A stretch of 64,000 nt of DNA from a virus (Duplodnaviria; Caudoviricetes): IMG/VR virus record IMGVR_UViG_3300026522_000021; one strand, 5' to 3'. Shown piece by piece: positions 11,201 to 22,206 of the stretch; position 1 is the first letter of the stretch; every line of letters starts with the position of its first letter. Under the pieces are notes generated by a model. That model was not told where the DNA came from. It saw only the letters and a program-made list of their open reading frames with translations, and made no database searches. The position numbers and the translations under genes were made by a program.

Positions 11201-12462
11201 ATAAATGGAGTTCTATCGGCAGTATTAAGATCAATATCTGGAAGGCTGCGCGTACCAAGTATTCTTTCGACAGACATAAACCTTGTCGGAAATAATGTTA
11301 TAGGCGCATTAACGCGATCTATATCGGTTAGTCCAAGCATCTTTGTAATGTAAAAACTTGGCGCTGATCCTCTACCAGTGTTTGTTAATTTACCACCATA
11401 TTTCTCTTGACCATCTTTAACCACGTTATAATCAATTAAGAAGTAATTCGCCATGTTGGTTTTTTCTACAATGTCAACCTCATAGCGGATTGCATCAAGA
11501 TATTTACCCCATTCACTTTTAGGTATATTTCTTCTTTCATCTAACCATCTGTTGTTAATAATTCTTTTTAAATCGTTAATTGGATTTTGTGATACAGATG
11601 GTAATTTGATATCATCATTAATGATTGTTATCTCTGAGCAATCGTCAAATACAAGTGTATTATAAAGCAATTCTTCTGCTTGCTTTTTGTCAAATATTCC
11701 CTGTCTGACGTAGCGATTAATAATAGTCTTATCATCAGGATAATCCAAAATCATCCCATCTTCTTCTGGATATTTTCTGTCTTTCCCCTTTAGAAAAATA
11801 TCCCTGTACTTTGCATCTTCTGGCAGGATGTAATGGCTATCATTAGCATGGATCATAGCAATTCCAGAAGCTTTACTGAATTCATACATTGCAGTATTTA
11901 CTTGTTTTTGAAAATCAGTATTATGCGCTTGCATTTCAAGAAAGAAATGTTTTCCAAAATGCCGATTTAATGCAAGAAGAAGTTCTCTGTCGTTCCATAT
12001 TCCTGCCACACATGCAGATGTTACTATGAAATTATTTGGATTAAGAGAAAACAATAATTCATCATCAATCCTTGGACGATAATAGAAACCAGTATCATGC
12101 GCTTCTGACATGATATCGTTTAATTGCATAACGCCATCATTGTTTCTCGCAATTATGATGATATGTCTGTTGCTTCTATCTCTTCCGTATGTTGGATTTC
12201 CATCCTTATCTTCGCCAGTCTTAATTTTGCCTATACGATCATGAACATAATACGCTTCTGTGCCATAAATCATTTTCAATCCATATCGTTTTGAACAATC
12301 GAGCCAAGTAAATATATCGCCCTGAACGCCATGATTTGTTGTAAAAACAGTTGTATGCCCCAACTCAACGGCTCTTTTGCAATAATCTTCTTCCTTAACT
12401 ACTACATCAAGACTCCACGGATTTCCCTTATGGTCATGTTTGTGATAGTTATTGTATCTCAT
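8247..12462 (-). CDS. dnaE: DNA polymerase III alpha (DnaE-type); exons 12462-10843 and 9749-8247, about 1040 aa spliced
   Basis: PHP domain (HKHDH, TTNHG, ANDSHY), GRGSA, PDIDL, YSFNASH; exons join in frame as KND|YLSVTVW. Confidence 0.92.
9750..10842 (-). mobile_element. Group I intron in dnaE
   Basis: P1 helix CGAU|UA...UAGUCG with a U.G pair at the 5' splice site; core elements AAATTGCTGGGAA, AATCAGCA, TTCAACGACTA, ATAGTCT; terminal G at 9750; removal restores the reading frame. Confidence 0.9.
9843..10634 (-). CDS. Intron-encoded LAGLIDADG homing endonuclease
   Basis: FLGLLLADG and FVRGMFDGDG motifs. Confidence 0.9.
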   Translation of the reverse strand: MHKSNGGKEFWGKEKDKVIDMYVNQGMRTGEIAKLYNCWNTTIANHLKEWGFDLNKERHNAIYKVDTHFFDKIDTEEKAYFLGLLLADGHISTRNAIMLTMKDIDIIEKYKKAIKSNKEIKQDKYGNYYLNITSKTICDTLRRYGFHNRKSYVFDIDKILKSIQESLLHHFVRGMFDGDGSIQIYKYDYLKKPQYHLGYTGLQNVVDFIKKYFDLHTKTVKETDITFTCVTSCKQDIERIFNLLYKDATVYIDRKYNTFTQIA

Positions 12463-13263
12463 TTACTCATCCTGATTTGCATATTCACATGACGAACGAA
12501 AGTCACATAACTGAGTACAGTAAAAGAATTCTAAGTTCGCGTCAAAGGTTTCATCATTTTCTACTTTTTCTATTTCATCGGAAAACCACTTTAACGCTTC
12601 ATCATAATCCTCTTTTACAAATGGTATTTTTGCTATCTTCTGATCTTTAAAATGATTCCAGACTATCCATTTAGGATATTCGCCATATTCATCAAAGACA
12701 GATTTGCAATATAGATACATCTGTTTTCTATACTTTGAAAAATCTTCTTCTGATTTCTTTAGTACAGACTTGCCATCCTTTTTAAAAGGATATGCAGAAC
12801 TTTTATGATCTATTACTGATATTTCATTTGTTTCTTTGTTCCTTACAAGAAGGTCTATATAGCCAGTAAACATATATCCGTTCAAGTCGATATTGATTTC
12901 TTTTTCAACGCCAAGTATTTCATAATCTTCAAGCCAATCAAAATCAACGGTTGCAAAGTAATCGGCGCAAGCTTCATATGCTTTATCCATAGCGCTTTGC
13001 TTTGTAGTATAAAATACGTTATCGTCAAAGTGATCCACATAGTATTGTGAAGCATCTTCTACTTTTAGCTCGCCGTTAAAAATCTTCTCCAATATCGAAT
13101 GAACATAACTTCCGACTTCCGCATAATAATTGCCTTCAGCTAAATATTGTGTATCATCATCTATTATGTATTTAAGATAAAAACTATATGGACAATGGTT
13201 ATAACAAGTTATTCTTGAATATGACCATTTCATTCTGTCTATCTTATCTTTATACTCGTTCAT
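12463..13263 (-). CDS. PD-(D/E)XK exonuclease (Cas4/AddB-like)
   Basis: SYSRI...CP, GYIDL, IDHKS, QMYLY, C-terminal Cys cluster. Confidence 0.85.
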   Translation of the reverse strand: MNEYKDKIDRMKWSYSRITCYNHCPYSFYLKYIIDDDTQYLAEGNYYAEVGSYVHSILEKIFNGELKVEDASQYYVDHFDDNVFYTTKQSAMDKAYEACADYFATVDFDWLEDYEILGVEKEINIDLNGYMFTGYIDLLVRNKETNEISVIDHKSSAYPFKKDGKSVLKKSEEDFSKYRKQMYLYCKSVFDEYGEYPKWIVWNHFKDQKIAKIPFVKEDYDEALKWFSDEIEKVENDETFDANLEFFYCTQLCDFRSSCEYANQDE

Positions 13264-14264
13264 TACGTTACCTTTGTTTTGTTAAAATATAATTGCTCCC
13301 ATATTTCTCTCGATAAATCTACAGGTGCATTTTTAGCATCCTTGCCACCAAGTAATCCTTTTCTATCATATATGACGTATACATTAGTTATTCTTTTCAA
13401 AACATCTATAGTCTTTTTAATGTCTTTGTCTGAATAACTGATATCAGAGTCAAACGCAAACACTATATTTACACGAAGTTGAACCAGAAGTTTTAATTGC
13501 TCATCAGTAATCGTATGTTTTTCTGCCGATGCGCAATTCTTGTATCCCCATCCATAAGCTTTCATTACAGACTTTACGGATTCAAAGATTATCATTTCGT
13601 TTTGATCCTTGATAAATGGCAAGGTAATATTTAATCCCTGAAAGTAATCCATTGTTCCTATTGGATAGTAGTTAATGTATTTAGGTATTCGTAGTTCTTT
13701 ATAGTTTTTGTATCGCGTTCTTCCTTTGATATTGATTAAATTCCCATTGATGTCGTACACTGGATAAACTATCCTGTTATCACGATCATTTATTCTAACT
13801 TCAAACAAATCCATGACTTCTTGAAGTATTCCTTCGTCTATCCATTCTGTAATATCTTCATGACTATATTTGCTTAATTCATTTGCGCTCAATACTTCGT
13901 GAACAACTTGCTCTTTTTCACGCATTAAATTTTTTGTTTTTTTTAAAAACGTCATTGTCTGCGATCTACACATTTTAGACAAATCCATATTGCCCAGCTT
14001 CGCAGCTTTATCTACCGCATCATCAAATCTCAGATGTTCATAATCCATCAAGTAGCCAATGATACCGCCTGATCTTCCGCATGAAAAACAATAATAGGAA
14101 TTCTTACTTGGTGTAATCGAAAAAGAGGGAGTGTTATCTACGTGTAATGGACAATGCCCAAAATAATCTCTCCCCCTCTTTTCCATTTCTATGGATTGGC
14201 TAACATACTCTAATAGATCAACGCTTGCATTTATTTCCTGAAGCATTTCATCATCGTATGTCAT
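13263..14264 (-). CDS. dnaG: DNA primase
   Basis: CHC2 Zn finger CPLH...CFSC; TOPRIM domain with FDSD. Confidence 0.88.
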   Translation of the reverse strand: MTYDDEMLQEINASVDLLEYVSQSIEMEKRGRDYFGHCPLHVDNTPSFSITPSKNSYYCFSCGRSGGIIGYLMDYEHLRFDDAVDKAAKLGNMDLSKMCRSQTMTFLKKTKNLMREKEQVVHEVLSANELSKYSHEDITEWIDEGILQEVMDLFEVRINDRDNRIVYPVYDINGNLINIKGRTRYKNYKELRIPKYINYYPIGTMDYFQGLNITLPFIKDQNEMIIFESVKSVMKAYGWGYKNCASAEKHTITDEQLKLLVQLRVNIVFAFDSDISYSDKDIKKTIDVLKRITNVYVIYDRKGLLGGKDAKNAPVDLSREIWEQLYFNKTKVT

Positions 14265-14277
14265 GCCTAATCCTCCT

Positions 14278-15624
14278 TTAAAAATTGTTCTGTTTATTAT
14301 GTTGCTTTACTTCCGAAATTGTCATTTTATCGCCATCGAAATACAAGTCGATATAGTCATCTTCATCATCTTCACGCATCTGTTTACCAAGACGATTAAC
14401 ATATATCTTTGCATATGCGTTTCCGCATTCAGCGCCATCCTTCACCATCTGCTCTTGCGTTTTCTGTCCATACTTGATGCCAACAGAAAGATAACGATTA
14501 ATCTTAATGCTGTCCGCAACTTCACCTTGTCTATTCAACTGGCAAGCTGCAAGCACAGCGAGATTTAATTCTCCTGCTATCTTGTTTTTAAGAAAGTCAC
14601 ATTTCGCACCAAGAACATTGTAGTTAGTACCAGTTTCCGATTCGTTACTCTTCAGATAATCGAACACAAGAAATCTTATACCGATCTTGTTAATCCATAA
14701 CTTACAAGTAGTATAAAGTTCGTTGTCAGATATCTCTGGCTTATAGATGTGCTTGAACTTTTGTTTCTTAATCCACGCTATACTGTTCTTAATGCGTTGT
14801 TCTTCCTCTGCATTATATCTGCCGTTTTTAACCTTCTCGATATCAACATTCGATAAATGCGCAAGAAGTCTTTCAACATACAATCGCGTTTGCATTTCAG
14901 TATCTATAACCAAAACAGGAACACCATTTTTTAACTTATGGACAACCTCATTCATTAAAATGATTGATTTTCCTTCTTTATATTTTGCCTGTATTACAAC
15001 AAGCTCTCCTGTTTCATATGTAAAATACTTATTAAAACTTTTGAACTTAGATGGAATACCATACATTCCGTCTGATGTTCTTCTGCTTTCAATTTCGTGC
15101 CATATATCATCTATCTCATCGCCAAGCAATTTGACATCTGATCCACAGATAAATTCAGCAGTAACATCATCTAACTCGCCATATACATCCCCACTTAATT
15201 CATCAAGCGTAAGATTTTTATCAAAGCATTTACCAGATAAACCAACGAGCTTTTTATATAGATCTCTTTTGAATGCAAGTTCTGTGACATTCTTTGCAAG
15301 CATCAGATATTCTTCTAAAGTATGCCTTGCAAGTTCTTTGTATAGATCAACGAATTCCTGAACAGATGGAAGATTATACTTTTCGATAGTATGCTTAACG
15401 CCAGTATTGCTATTGAGTTTGTTTGACAAATTCAATGCGTCAATATTGTTGATGCCTTCTTTTATCAATTCTTGGATAGCCCAATAAATACATCCATTTT
15501 CCACGTTGAAAAAATGTCCTGCTTTTAAGAAAGTATCGGAATGAAGAATGAATTCTGGATGGAATATCAACGTGCCGATAACGCCACTTTCAGATTGGAT
15601 ATCTGATAATTCTGATATATCCAT
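14278..15624 (-). CDS. dnaB: Replicative DNA helicase (DnaB-like)
   Basis: Walker-like AKYKEGKS, DTEM, VFDYLK, CQLNR. Confidence 0.88.
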   Translation of the reverse strand: MDISELSDIQSESGVIGTLIFHPEFILHSDTFLKAGHFFNVENGCIYWAIQELIKEGINNIDALNLSNKLNSNTGVKHTIEKYNLPSVQEFVDLYKELARHTLEEYLMLAKNVTELAFKRDLYKKLVGLSGKCFDKNLTLDELSGDVYGELDDVTAEFICGSDVKLLGDEIDDIWHEIESRRTSDGMYGIPSKFKSFNKYFTYETGELVVIQAKYKEGKSIILMNEVVHKLKNGVPVLVIDTEMQTRLYVERLLAHLSNVDIEKVKNGRYNAEEEQRIKNSIAWIKKQKFKHIYKPEISDNELYTTCKLWINKIGIRFLVFDYLKSNESETGTNYNVLGAKCDFLKNKIAGELNLAVLAACQLNRQGEVADSIKINRYLSVGIKYGQKTQEQMVKDGAECGNAYAKIYVNRLGKQMREDDEDDYIDLYFDGDKMTISEVKQHNKQNNF

Positions 15625-16107
15625 TTACTTTCCTCCGAAAATATCTCCAAACTTCTTTTTGCCATCACTTTCGTTGTATGTGAAAGAAGGCTCATCGTTA
15701 TGATTGGTTTCTATTGTGGTTTTCGTTTCATTGAATGCTTTAAGTTTCTGTTCAAAATCCCATTCTTTTCTAAGCTGTTTATCTTTCGCAACATATACAA
15801 GTCCGGGTGGATGATTAAGAAACTTAGCTTTCTTTTTTAGCGCCCATAATAAATAGTCACAATCAACGGACTCTTTATATATAAGGCGATCAATGATCCT
15901 AACAAGCTGATTAAAGATAACATCTTTATCAATATGCTTATACCAATAGTCGATTATCTCCGCTCGTGTATCTTTTTCATGTTTACAATCTGCGTGATAA
16001 TACCTTCCGTTTTCTTCAGCATATTCTTCTGTCGCTATAGAGATAGTTTTGTCATCATGTTTACAATGGCTATATTGACATTTTCGAAAATCAGCTTTTT
16101 TTGCCAT
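15625..16107 (-). CDS. Hypothetical protein with N-terminal Cys/His motif, upstream of the helicase
   Basis: In-operon ORF; CxxxxC...HxxC. Confidence 0.55.
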   Translation of the reverse strand: MAKKADFRKCQYSHCKHDDKTISIATEEYAEENGRYYHADCKHEKDTRAEIIDYWYKHIDKDVIFNQLVRIIDRLIYKESVDCDYLLWALKKKAKFLNHPPGLVYVAKDKQLRKEWDFEQKLKAFNETKTTIETNHNDEPSFTYNESDGKKKFGDIFGGK

Positions 16108-16744
16108 CTTCCACCTCTAAAATATGTGTTGCCTCCATATCTGCCTGATGAAGTGCAAGTGCCAACGGATATTTTTCATAGGCTTGTCCAAGTTCAGTCC
16201 ACTGCGAACTATCGCAGTAAGCGCCCATATGGTAGGTGATCGCTGTAATTTCCTCCATAGACAGCTTCATGTACTGAAGAATGAACACAACGCTCTTGCT
16301 TCCATGACCGAGCGGATATTTATTATCTACTGTAAAGCAAGGAACTGTTTCCCAAATATAATCGCCTTTTGCATCATGTTTAACTTCACGAGAACTTGCC
16401 TTGCTTACTTTATCAGCATCATATGTTTTCTGGTTTTTAAAATCTGTCGTGTAATAATATGTTTTGCAAAGATCATGAAGAAGTGAAACAATCAGGATAG
16501 TCTCTCTGCTGACATCTTTAAGAACATCTTTCCAAATAGGTGCATCCACTTTTGCATTTAAGCATTCATAAACATGGAGACTATGCTTTAATAATCCGCC
16601 TTGTTCTGAAAGATGAAATCTTGTGCTTGCTGGCGCAGTATAAAAATCTGATTTACGGATAAAGTCGAGAAGGCTGTTAATACCTTCTCGCTTTACCTCA
16701 CTCAGCAGTTCTTCAAATTTTGCAATATTAGAATTTTCTGCCAT
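16091..16744 (-). CDS. HD-domain hydrolase
   Basis: APASTRFH, HSLHV, LLHDLCK, HMG, HQAD. Confidence 0.85.
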   Translation of the reverse strand: MAENSNIAKFEELLSEVKREGINSLLDFIRKSDFYTAPASTRFHLSEQGGLLKHSLHVYECLNAKVDAPIWKDVLKDVSRETILIVSLLHDLCKTYYYTTDFKNQKTYDADKVSKASSREVKHDAKGDYIWETVPCFTVDNKYPLGHGSKSVVFILQYMKLSMEEITAITYHMGAYCDSSQWTELGQAYEKYPLALALHQADMEATHILEVEDGKKS

Positions 16745-16780
16745 GTGATTATCCTTTCAATAAAAAACTAATTTTATTAG

Positions 16781-17200
16781 TTAATTAAATGGTAATTCAC
16801 CATCATCAATGTCATCAGGGATATTCATAAAACCATCCGAGCCGTTATTTGTGTTAACGGAATTGACATTATTCCCTTTGTTATTCTGATTGCCATCTTG
16901 AATTTCAAGCCCGAAAATAGTGTAGTGCGGAGTGTAAGATACTTTTCCATCAGGAGCGGTATAAACGTTTGTTACTTCGCAAGAAGAAATCTTAATTGAA
17001 ATTCCTTTCTTCTCATCAATCTGTACACCCTGAAATGCTGTGTGCGCCTGTCCGACAAGCCTTACATAACCATCCTGAAAATCTGTGGTGTATGCGCCTG
17101 TGTTTTTGTCTTTACGACTGATTGAGATTCTGGCTGTTGAATAGTTACCTTTGTTTTCAACCGACCAAACTCTCGCATATGAATCCTGTCTAAATCCCAT
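16781..17200 (-). CDS. ssb: Single-stranded DNA-binding protein
   Basis: OB-fold-sized ORF with acidic tail GFMNIPDDIDDGELPFN. Confidence 0.8.
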   Translation of the reverse strand: MGFRQDSYARVWSVENKGNYSTARISISRKDKNTGAYTTDFQDGYVRLVGQAHTAFQGVQIDEKKGISIKISSCEVTNVYTAPDGKVSYTPHYTIFGLEIQDGNQNNKGNNVNSVNTNNGSDGFMNIPDDIDDGELPFN

Positions 17201-17234
17201 GCTTTCTTTTCCTTTCTTTAATATCTTGTATTAT

Positions 17235-17864
17235 TTATTTGCGAACTGCCATAAGCTGTTTCTTTAATTCTGCTAAAACGTCAGCATCCTCGATAAGTCT
17301 TGGATCGCCATTTGCAGACTCATCCGCAGCCTTGCAGATTTCACCAACTTTTTCTTTTGCTTTGTCAGATAAATTACATTTCTTTTTAATAAGTTCCATG
17401 CATTCATTCTGTAGTTTAACTACGTTTGCAAGTTCATCTGGAAGTTCTTCACCAGAATAAATATATAGCGAAATTCCTGTAGCTATTGCCAATGCCTTAA
17501 CTAAACAACGCTTTATACTCTTATTTGCATCAACCGATGTAATTTGGTCGCATGGAATGGCTCTATTTTTGAAATCCATAATGGCAAGCATTTCTTGTGT
17601 TTCGCAAACCTCGCCATCATCTGCTTCAATTCTTACAGAAACTTCTACCCATCCAGTTCGCCCATCATCATGCCACGGTCTTGTATTGCCTTTATCATCA
17701 ACAATTTGCGGAATGATTTCAAAAGTTGTTTTTGGATATACATCTTTAACAAGCTGAATAGCTGCACTCCACGGAAGATATTTTAATCCATTCTTTTCCT
17801 TAACCTTGTCTGCCGTGTTGATAGCACTCAACGTAGCAAATATACCTTTCTTTTTCTCTGCCAT
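17235..17864 (-). CDS. Sak3/DUF1071-like single-strand annealing protein
   Basis: YLPWSAA, IMDFKN, NKSIKRCLVKA, GISLYIYSGEELP. Confidence 0.8.
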   Translation of the reverse strand: MAEKKKGIFATLSAINTADKVKEKNGLKYLPWSAAIQLVKDVYPKTTFEIIPQIVDDKGNTRPWHDDGRTGWVEVSVRIEADDGEVCETQEMLAIMDFKNRAIPCDQITSVDANKSIKRCLVKALAIATGISLYIYSGEELPDELANVVKLQNECMELIKKKCNLSDKAKEKVGEICKAADESANGDPRLIEDADVLAELKKQLMAVRK

Positions 17865-17893
17865 ATTTCACCTATTATCTTGAATTATCTATG

Positions 17894-18472
17894 TTAAACA
17901 GTATACCAGTCTTTAGCAAGCATATCTGTCTGGCTTGCTAACCACGGAACTACCGTACCATCAACTGTTTTCATCGCAATATAAGCGCCATAAGGAACTA
18001 AACCTTTTTCATTTACACAATTCTTTGCGGCTGCTTTTGTCTGAGGCGCATATTCACCTTTGGGAACGTAATAAATAAACATTCCATTTCCGTTCCATCC
18101 TCTGCGAGCAACACGTTTTCCCCCCTGAATAACCTTCAGCGCAATATCAAATCCATATTCCAGAACCTTATCAGAGAAGAATTCAAATCCGATCACATAA
18201 ATATCTTTGCTGTTTTTATGTGTCATATTGTCATCATAAGTGCTATTGATGTATTCAACTTTATTATGACCCTGTGAATTGAAAATGATCTCTGTACTGT
18301 CATCAGGCATATGGATATAAAGATTTAATGCAAGCTCTGGTGAATCCTTATACTTTTCATACTGCGACATGAAATCTTCTTTTGTCACTCTTGGGAATTC
18401 AGGCATCTTCATATTTACATCTTCATAAATCAAATCTTTATTTGCTTTCTCCATTATGTAATCCTTTCTCAC
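17894..18472 (-). CDS. Tad2 (DUF2829)-domain anti-defence protein with an extra N-terminal domain
   Basis: C-terminal FDIALK...GKRVARRGWNG...PWLASQTDMLAKDW. Confidence 0.8.
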   Translation of the reverse strand: MRKDYIMEKANKDLIYEDVNMKMPEFPRVTKEDFMSQYEKYKDSPELALNLYIHMPDDSTEIIFNSQGHNKVEYINSTYDDNMTHKNSKDIYVIGFEFFSDKVLEYGFDIALKVIQGGKRVARRGWNGNGMFIYYVPKGEYAPQTKAAAKNCVNEKGLVPYGAYIAMKTVDGTVVPWLASQTDMLAKDWYTV

Positions 18473-18834
18473 AAAACTCTTTGATTTCTTTTAATTTCTC
18501 TTCTGTTGTTTTGTCATTGTTACACATATCCAAAACCACACTAAGAGCAGACTTCATACCAGTTACAATTGCATCATTTCTTACTCTGGTCATTTCCGTC
18601 TTGATCTGTTTTGTCAACTTCTCTTCCTGTTCCTTGTTCATCCGTCTTTCCTTTCGGTTTTCTATCTTTGCCAGTTTCGCAACGAAGAATACTAACATCA
18701 GTTTTAATTGGCTGATATCCTACTAATGGACAATCTTCACATTCATGTGTTCTGCAAAGCTCATTCGCATATTGAAACCAATGTTGTATTCGTTCCATTT
18801 CTGGACTGTTACCACCAAAATTTATTGTCATAAC

Positions 18835-19776
18835 TTAATGCGCAAATTCGTCTGCTTCATGTAAAGCAACAACTTCATTAAATACTTTATCGCCAAGCTG
18901 TATCTTTAATTTCTTTTCGACACTCTTGCTCATCTTCCATTCGCGATAAGGACACATATGGAAGTAAATCAATGTAGCTACATGAATGATATCATCAACA
19001 TGATATCCAAGATTATACAGATAAAAGATCGAGTCATAAGCGCCAACACAATGATGTTGATAATAATGGCAGTTGCCATCTCTTTCGCCTTTGCTGTTAA
19101 CCGCTGTCATCGTGAACACTTTTCCTTCATCATGAATAAGCGCCGCAAGATGAAGAAGTTCATTCTTCGGATAATGTTCAAGAATATATGTAGCTGCTTT
19201 TCTGCAATGTTCGCCAAGAGTTAATGAGTGATGATAGTTGCCCTGATCCATATAATCAATACCTGTGGCATGATTATAAAGTGTTGATAATGTATAGTCT
19301 GCAAAATCTTCTTTCTGACAACTAAACACGATATCTATGTTATCCCATCCTTCACTTTTATGCGGAGTCTGAAAATTCATATACATCCTCTTGATTACAT
19401 TGTCAGGAACTTTTCTTTCTCTCTTCTGATTATTAAGAAGGCAAACATAATATGGCGCTACAACTAATATGCAAGATTTATGGCAAGGAATATTTTTAAG
19501 TTCCTGAAGAAATCCCAAGCGTCTTTTACGGTTAAGATTTGTTGCATCATATATAACGTCTTTACCACTCTTTAAATCTTCCTTGATGCGCCTATGTAAT
19601 TCATCAAAAAGTTTTGTATTACTCTCTTTGGAATTTTCGTTTACATCTCCAAACATCTCCTCGCGTAAATCATCAGATGAATGGATTGTATAATACTTAC
19701 TTAAACTCTTTGCATATGTGGATTTGCCAGAACCAGCGATACCCACAAGCATAATCAATGTTGGTGTATTATCCAA
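18835..19776 (-). CDS. Polynucleotide kinase-like P-loop protein fused to an HD domain
   Basis: GIAGSGKS, SSDDLR, DATN; IHDEGK. Confidence 0.8.
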   Translation of the reverse strand: MDNTPTLIMLVGIAGSGKSTYAKSLSKYYTIHSSDDLREEMFGDVNENSKESNTKLFDELHRRIKEDLKSGKDVIYDATNLNRKRRLGFLQELKNIPCHKSCILVVAPYYVCLLNNQKRERKVPDNVIKRMYMNFQTPHKSEGWDNIDIVFSCQKEDFADYTLSTLYNHATGIDYMDQGNYHHSLTLGEHCRKAATYILEHYPKNELLHLAALIHDEGKVFTMTAVNSKGERDGNCHYYQHHCVGAYDSIFYLYNLGYHVDDIIHVATLIYFHMCPYREWKMSKSVEKKLKIQLGDKVFNEVVALHEADEFAH

Positions 19777-20554
19777 TGTCTATATCCTTTCTAATCTCAC
19801 TTTTTATTAGCTTAATAAAATCTTTCCTATTTATCTCGCCAGACCATTCGCCATGTAAAATCTGCTCAGCTTTATGTCTTGTTTTGACTGCATCTTTTAA
19901 TTCATCGAATGTACCGAGATGATATTTCTTTCCGTTAATAGATATTGACGATTTATATTTGCCATTCTTTAATACGGAAACGCCTGTGTATCCAGATGTA
20001 TTGTTTGACTTTCTTTTGATGTTTATATTGTTTTGCGTCTTTGTTGCTATCCTTAGATTTGACTTCTTATTATTTGATTTATCCCAATTTATATGATCGA
20101 CAATCTCATCATCTTTTGCTCTCATTATTATTCTGTGTAACCATACTATCTTATTTGAGCCATTCCTACCGTTAGCGATAATGTATCCTTTTCTATCTTT
20201 TCGCCAACAATAATCTTTTACCCTATCAAAATCTTCTGCATCAATTACAAACTTTTCGCCTTTATTTGTTATTCCGTATATATTGTCACCATCGAACATC
20301 CACTTTATTTCGATTGTATTTTTCTGTTTGTGCAGAATTTCATTCCTATAGCATCCACAAGAAATGGTCGGGTTTGATTTGTTCATCAATGAACTACTCC
20401 TCACAACGACCTCATTCCCACAATCACATAGACAATTCCAGAATGCAGAATAGTTACCAGTCTTAGCAAAATATTCTTTTTGTTTTCCATAATTTCTTGA
20501 GATTACATTTAATCTGCCAAACCTCATTCCTGTTAAATCTTTTGCAAACGACAT
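19769..20554 (-). CDS. HNH-AP2 homing endonuclease
   Basis: DLTGMRFGRL, CLCDCG, VDHINWDKSNN, NTSGYTGV. Confidence 0.85.
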   Translation of the reverse strand: MSFAKDLTGMRFGRLNVISRNYGKQKEYFAKTGNYSAFWNCLCDCGNEVVVRSSSLMNKSNPTISCGCYRNEILHKQKNTIEIKWMFDGDNIYGITNKGEKFVIDAEDFDRVKDYCWRKDRKGYIIANGRNGSNKIVWLHRIIMRAKDDEIVDHINWDKSNNKKSNLRIATKTQNNINIKRKSNNTSGYTGVSVLKNGKYKSSISINGKKYHLGTFDELKDAVKTRHKAEQILHGEWSGEINRKDFIKLIKSEIRKDIDIG

Positions 20555-21913
20555 TTACATCTCCGAAAGTAAGTCATCATCAATGTCACTTATATCCGTA
20601 TTATCTTTGATAATGTTAGAAAGAACTTTAAAATAGAAATTCTTATGTTTATATGCTGTAAACTTTTCCCTGTTTGCAATTCTCACAACCACACCTTCCC
20701 GAATATGAGTCTTGCCAATCGGGTCTGCACCATCGTAATATTTTTCTACTCTTTGCATTAAATCATCCCAAGTAGTAAAGATGAACTTTTCAAACAGTGG
20801 AACGCATTTAGCACCCATCTTTTCGCAAAGAATTTGCATTTCTTCAAATGGTATCTCTACAACAAATCCATCCTCGTTTATCATTGTCATACGATAAACA
20901 TAAATATCATTTTCACCAACATCACACCCATAAGAAAAGACTGTTGTATCACCGTATGTCTTTGTAAATTCTTTATCCTTCACGAGTTTGTTAGAACACT
21001 TCCCCATGATGGTTTGATCTCCTTCTGTGTAGCCAACAATCTCGTAATAGACACATACACCTTTCGGCAATTTATCTTTAAAGAAATCATGCCACTTCTG
21101 TCTGAATTTATTGCTTCCATAGTAACCGCCATCATAAGTTCTGAGAGTTGTTCTTCTTGTTCCGCTTACAACGGCATATCTTGTAGTTTCCTTGTCTCCT
21201 ATATGAAATAACTTCTTAATGATGCGTGGTCTTTTCTTTTTAGTGACTTCTATAACATTTGCTGTTCTTGCTGAAGTTCCATGCATTTTAAGTGTGATAT
21301 AGCAAATATCGCCTTCCTTAAATGCGTTCTGATTATATGCAAGCTGTTCTGTGTCTGAATGAAGTATAAAGGTCGGATAGCTGATAACTTCTTTAACTTC
21401 TTTCAAATTCAATTTTGACTTTACAGAATCAATTGAATTTCTTCTCTGTCGTTTAGGAATATATTTTCTACAAATCTCATGACCGTCAATGACAGAAATC
21501 ATATCCCCATCTTTCAATGTAGATACGTCAACATACTTAGAAAGTGTTTCAATCGGAAGTACAAGACCATCAGACTTTTCACCACGAAGTTTTAGTGCCG
21601 TGATATTTCTTTTTTCGGCATCCATGTAACCGCCGACATTGATACAATCAACGCCATCTTTCTGAACAACCTGTTTCCCTTCAATCTGTGCATCGTCAAG
21701 TTCTGAAACAGGGACATACTTCTTAACAAGATTATTGTCTGTTGCGAATTCCTCACTCAGTTGCCCATCAACAGGAAAATAAATAACGCGCTGACCTTCT
21801 GAATAGCTTAAATCAACGATTACATTATTCCCAAATACAGAAACGCAATTTAATCGGTCTGCATTTGAGTGTTTATGTAATTCTTTTAATGTAGTTACAT
21901 ATGCGGAATACAT
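20555..21913 (-). CDS. RNA ligase (DRB0094/Rnl2-like) with N-terminal tRNA-binding OB domain
   Basis: HSNADRL, TLKMHGTS (motif I), YYEIVG, REGVV, YKHK. Confidence 0.8.
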   Translation of the reverse strand: MYSAYVTTLKELHKHSNADRLNCVSVFGNNVIVDLSYSEGQRVIYFPVDGQLSEEFATDNNLVKKYVPVSELDDAQIEGKQVVQKDGVDCINVGGYMDAEKRNITALKLRGEKSDGLVLPIETLSKYVDVSTLKDGDMISVIDGHEICRKYIPKRQRRNSIDSVKSKLNLKEVKEVISYPTFILHSDTEQLAYNQNAFKEGDICYITLKMHGTSARTANVIEVTKKKRPRIIKKLFHIGDKETTRYAVVSGTRRTTLRTYDGGYYGSNKFRQKWHDFFKDKLPKGVCVYYEIVGYTEGDQTIMGKCSNKLVKDKEFTKTYGDTTVFSYGCDVGENDIYVYRMTMINEDGFVVEIPFEEMQILCEKMGAKCVPLFEKFIFTTWDDLMQRVEKYYDGADPIGKTHIREGVVVRIANREKFTAYKHKNFYFKVLSNIIKDNTDISDIDDDLLSEM

Positions 21914-22206
21914 TATTTCTTCTTTCCTTTCTTGCGCTTATTTGATTTCTTTTTCAGATCAACAGCCTTTGGTTTATTATCGGCTTTCTTATTGATCTTC
22001 TTATTGTTGTCTTTTGTATTATCTTGCCTTATTTCTATACTATCAATCTTCAGTCTCTTTGGTTTAGTTTCAAAATAACAATTTTTGCAAATGTCTAATT
22101 CACAATTTCTATCAGGTGTAAATCTAAAAACGTGGCTCATAACATTGTGGCATCTTGGACAAATCATCATTTTGCAAATACCTCCTTACTGATTATTATA
22201 GCACAT

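Noticed and set aside
8247-12462. dnaE as a pseudogene or two separate genes
   Set aside because: Removing the group I intron restores one continuous reading frame
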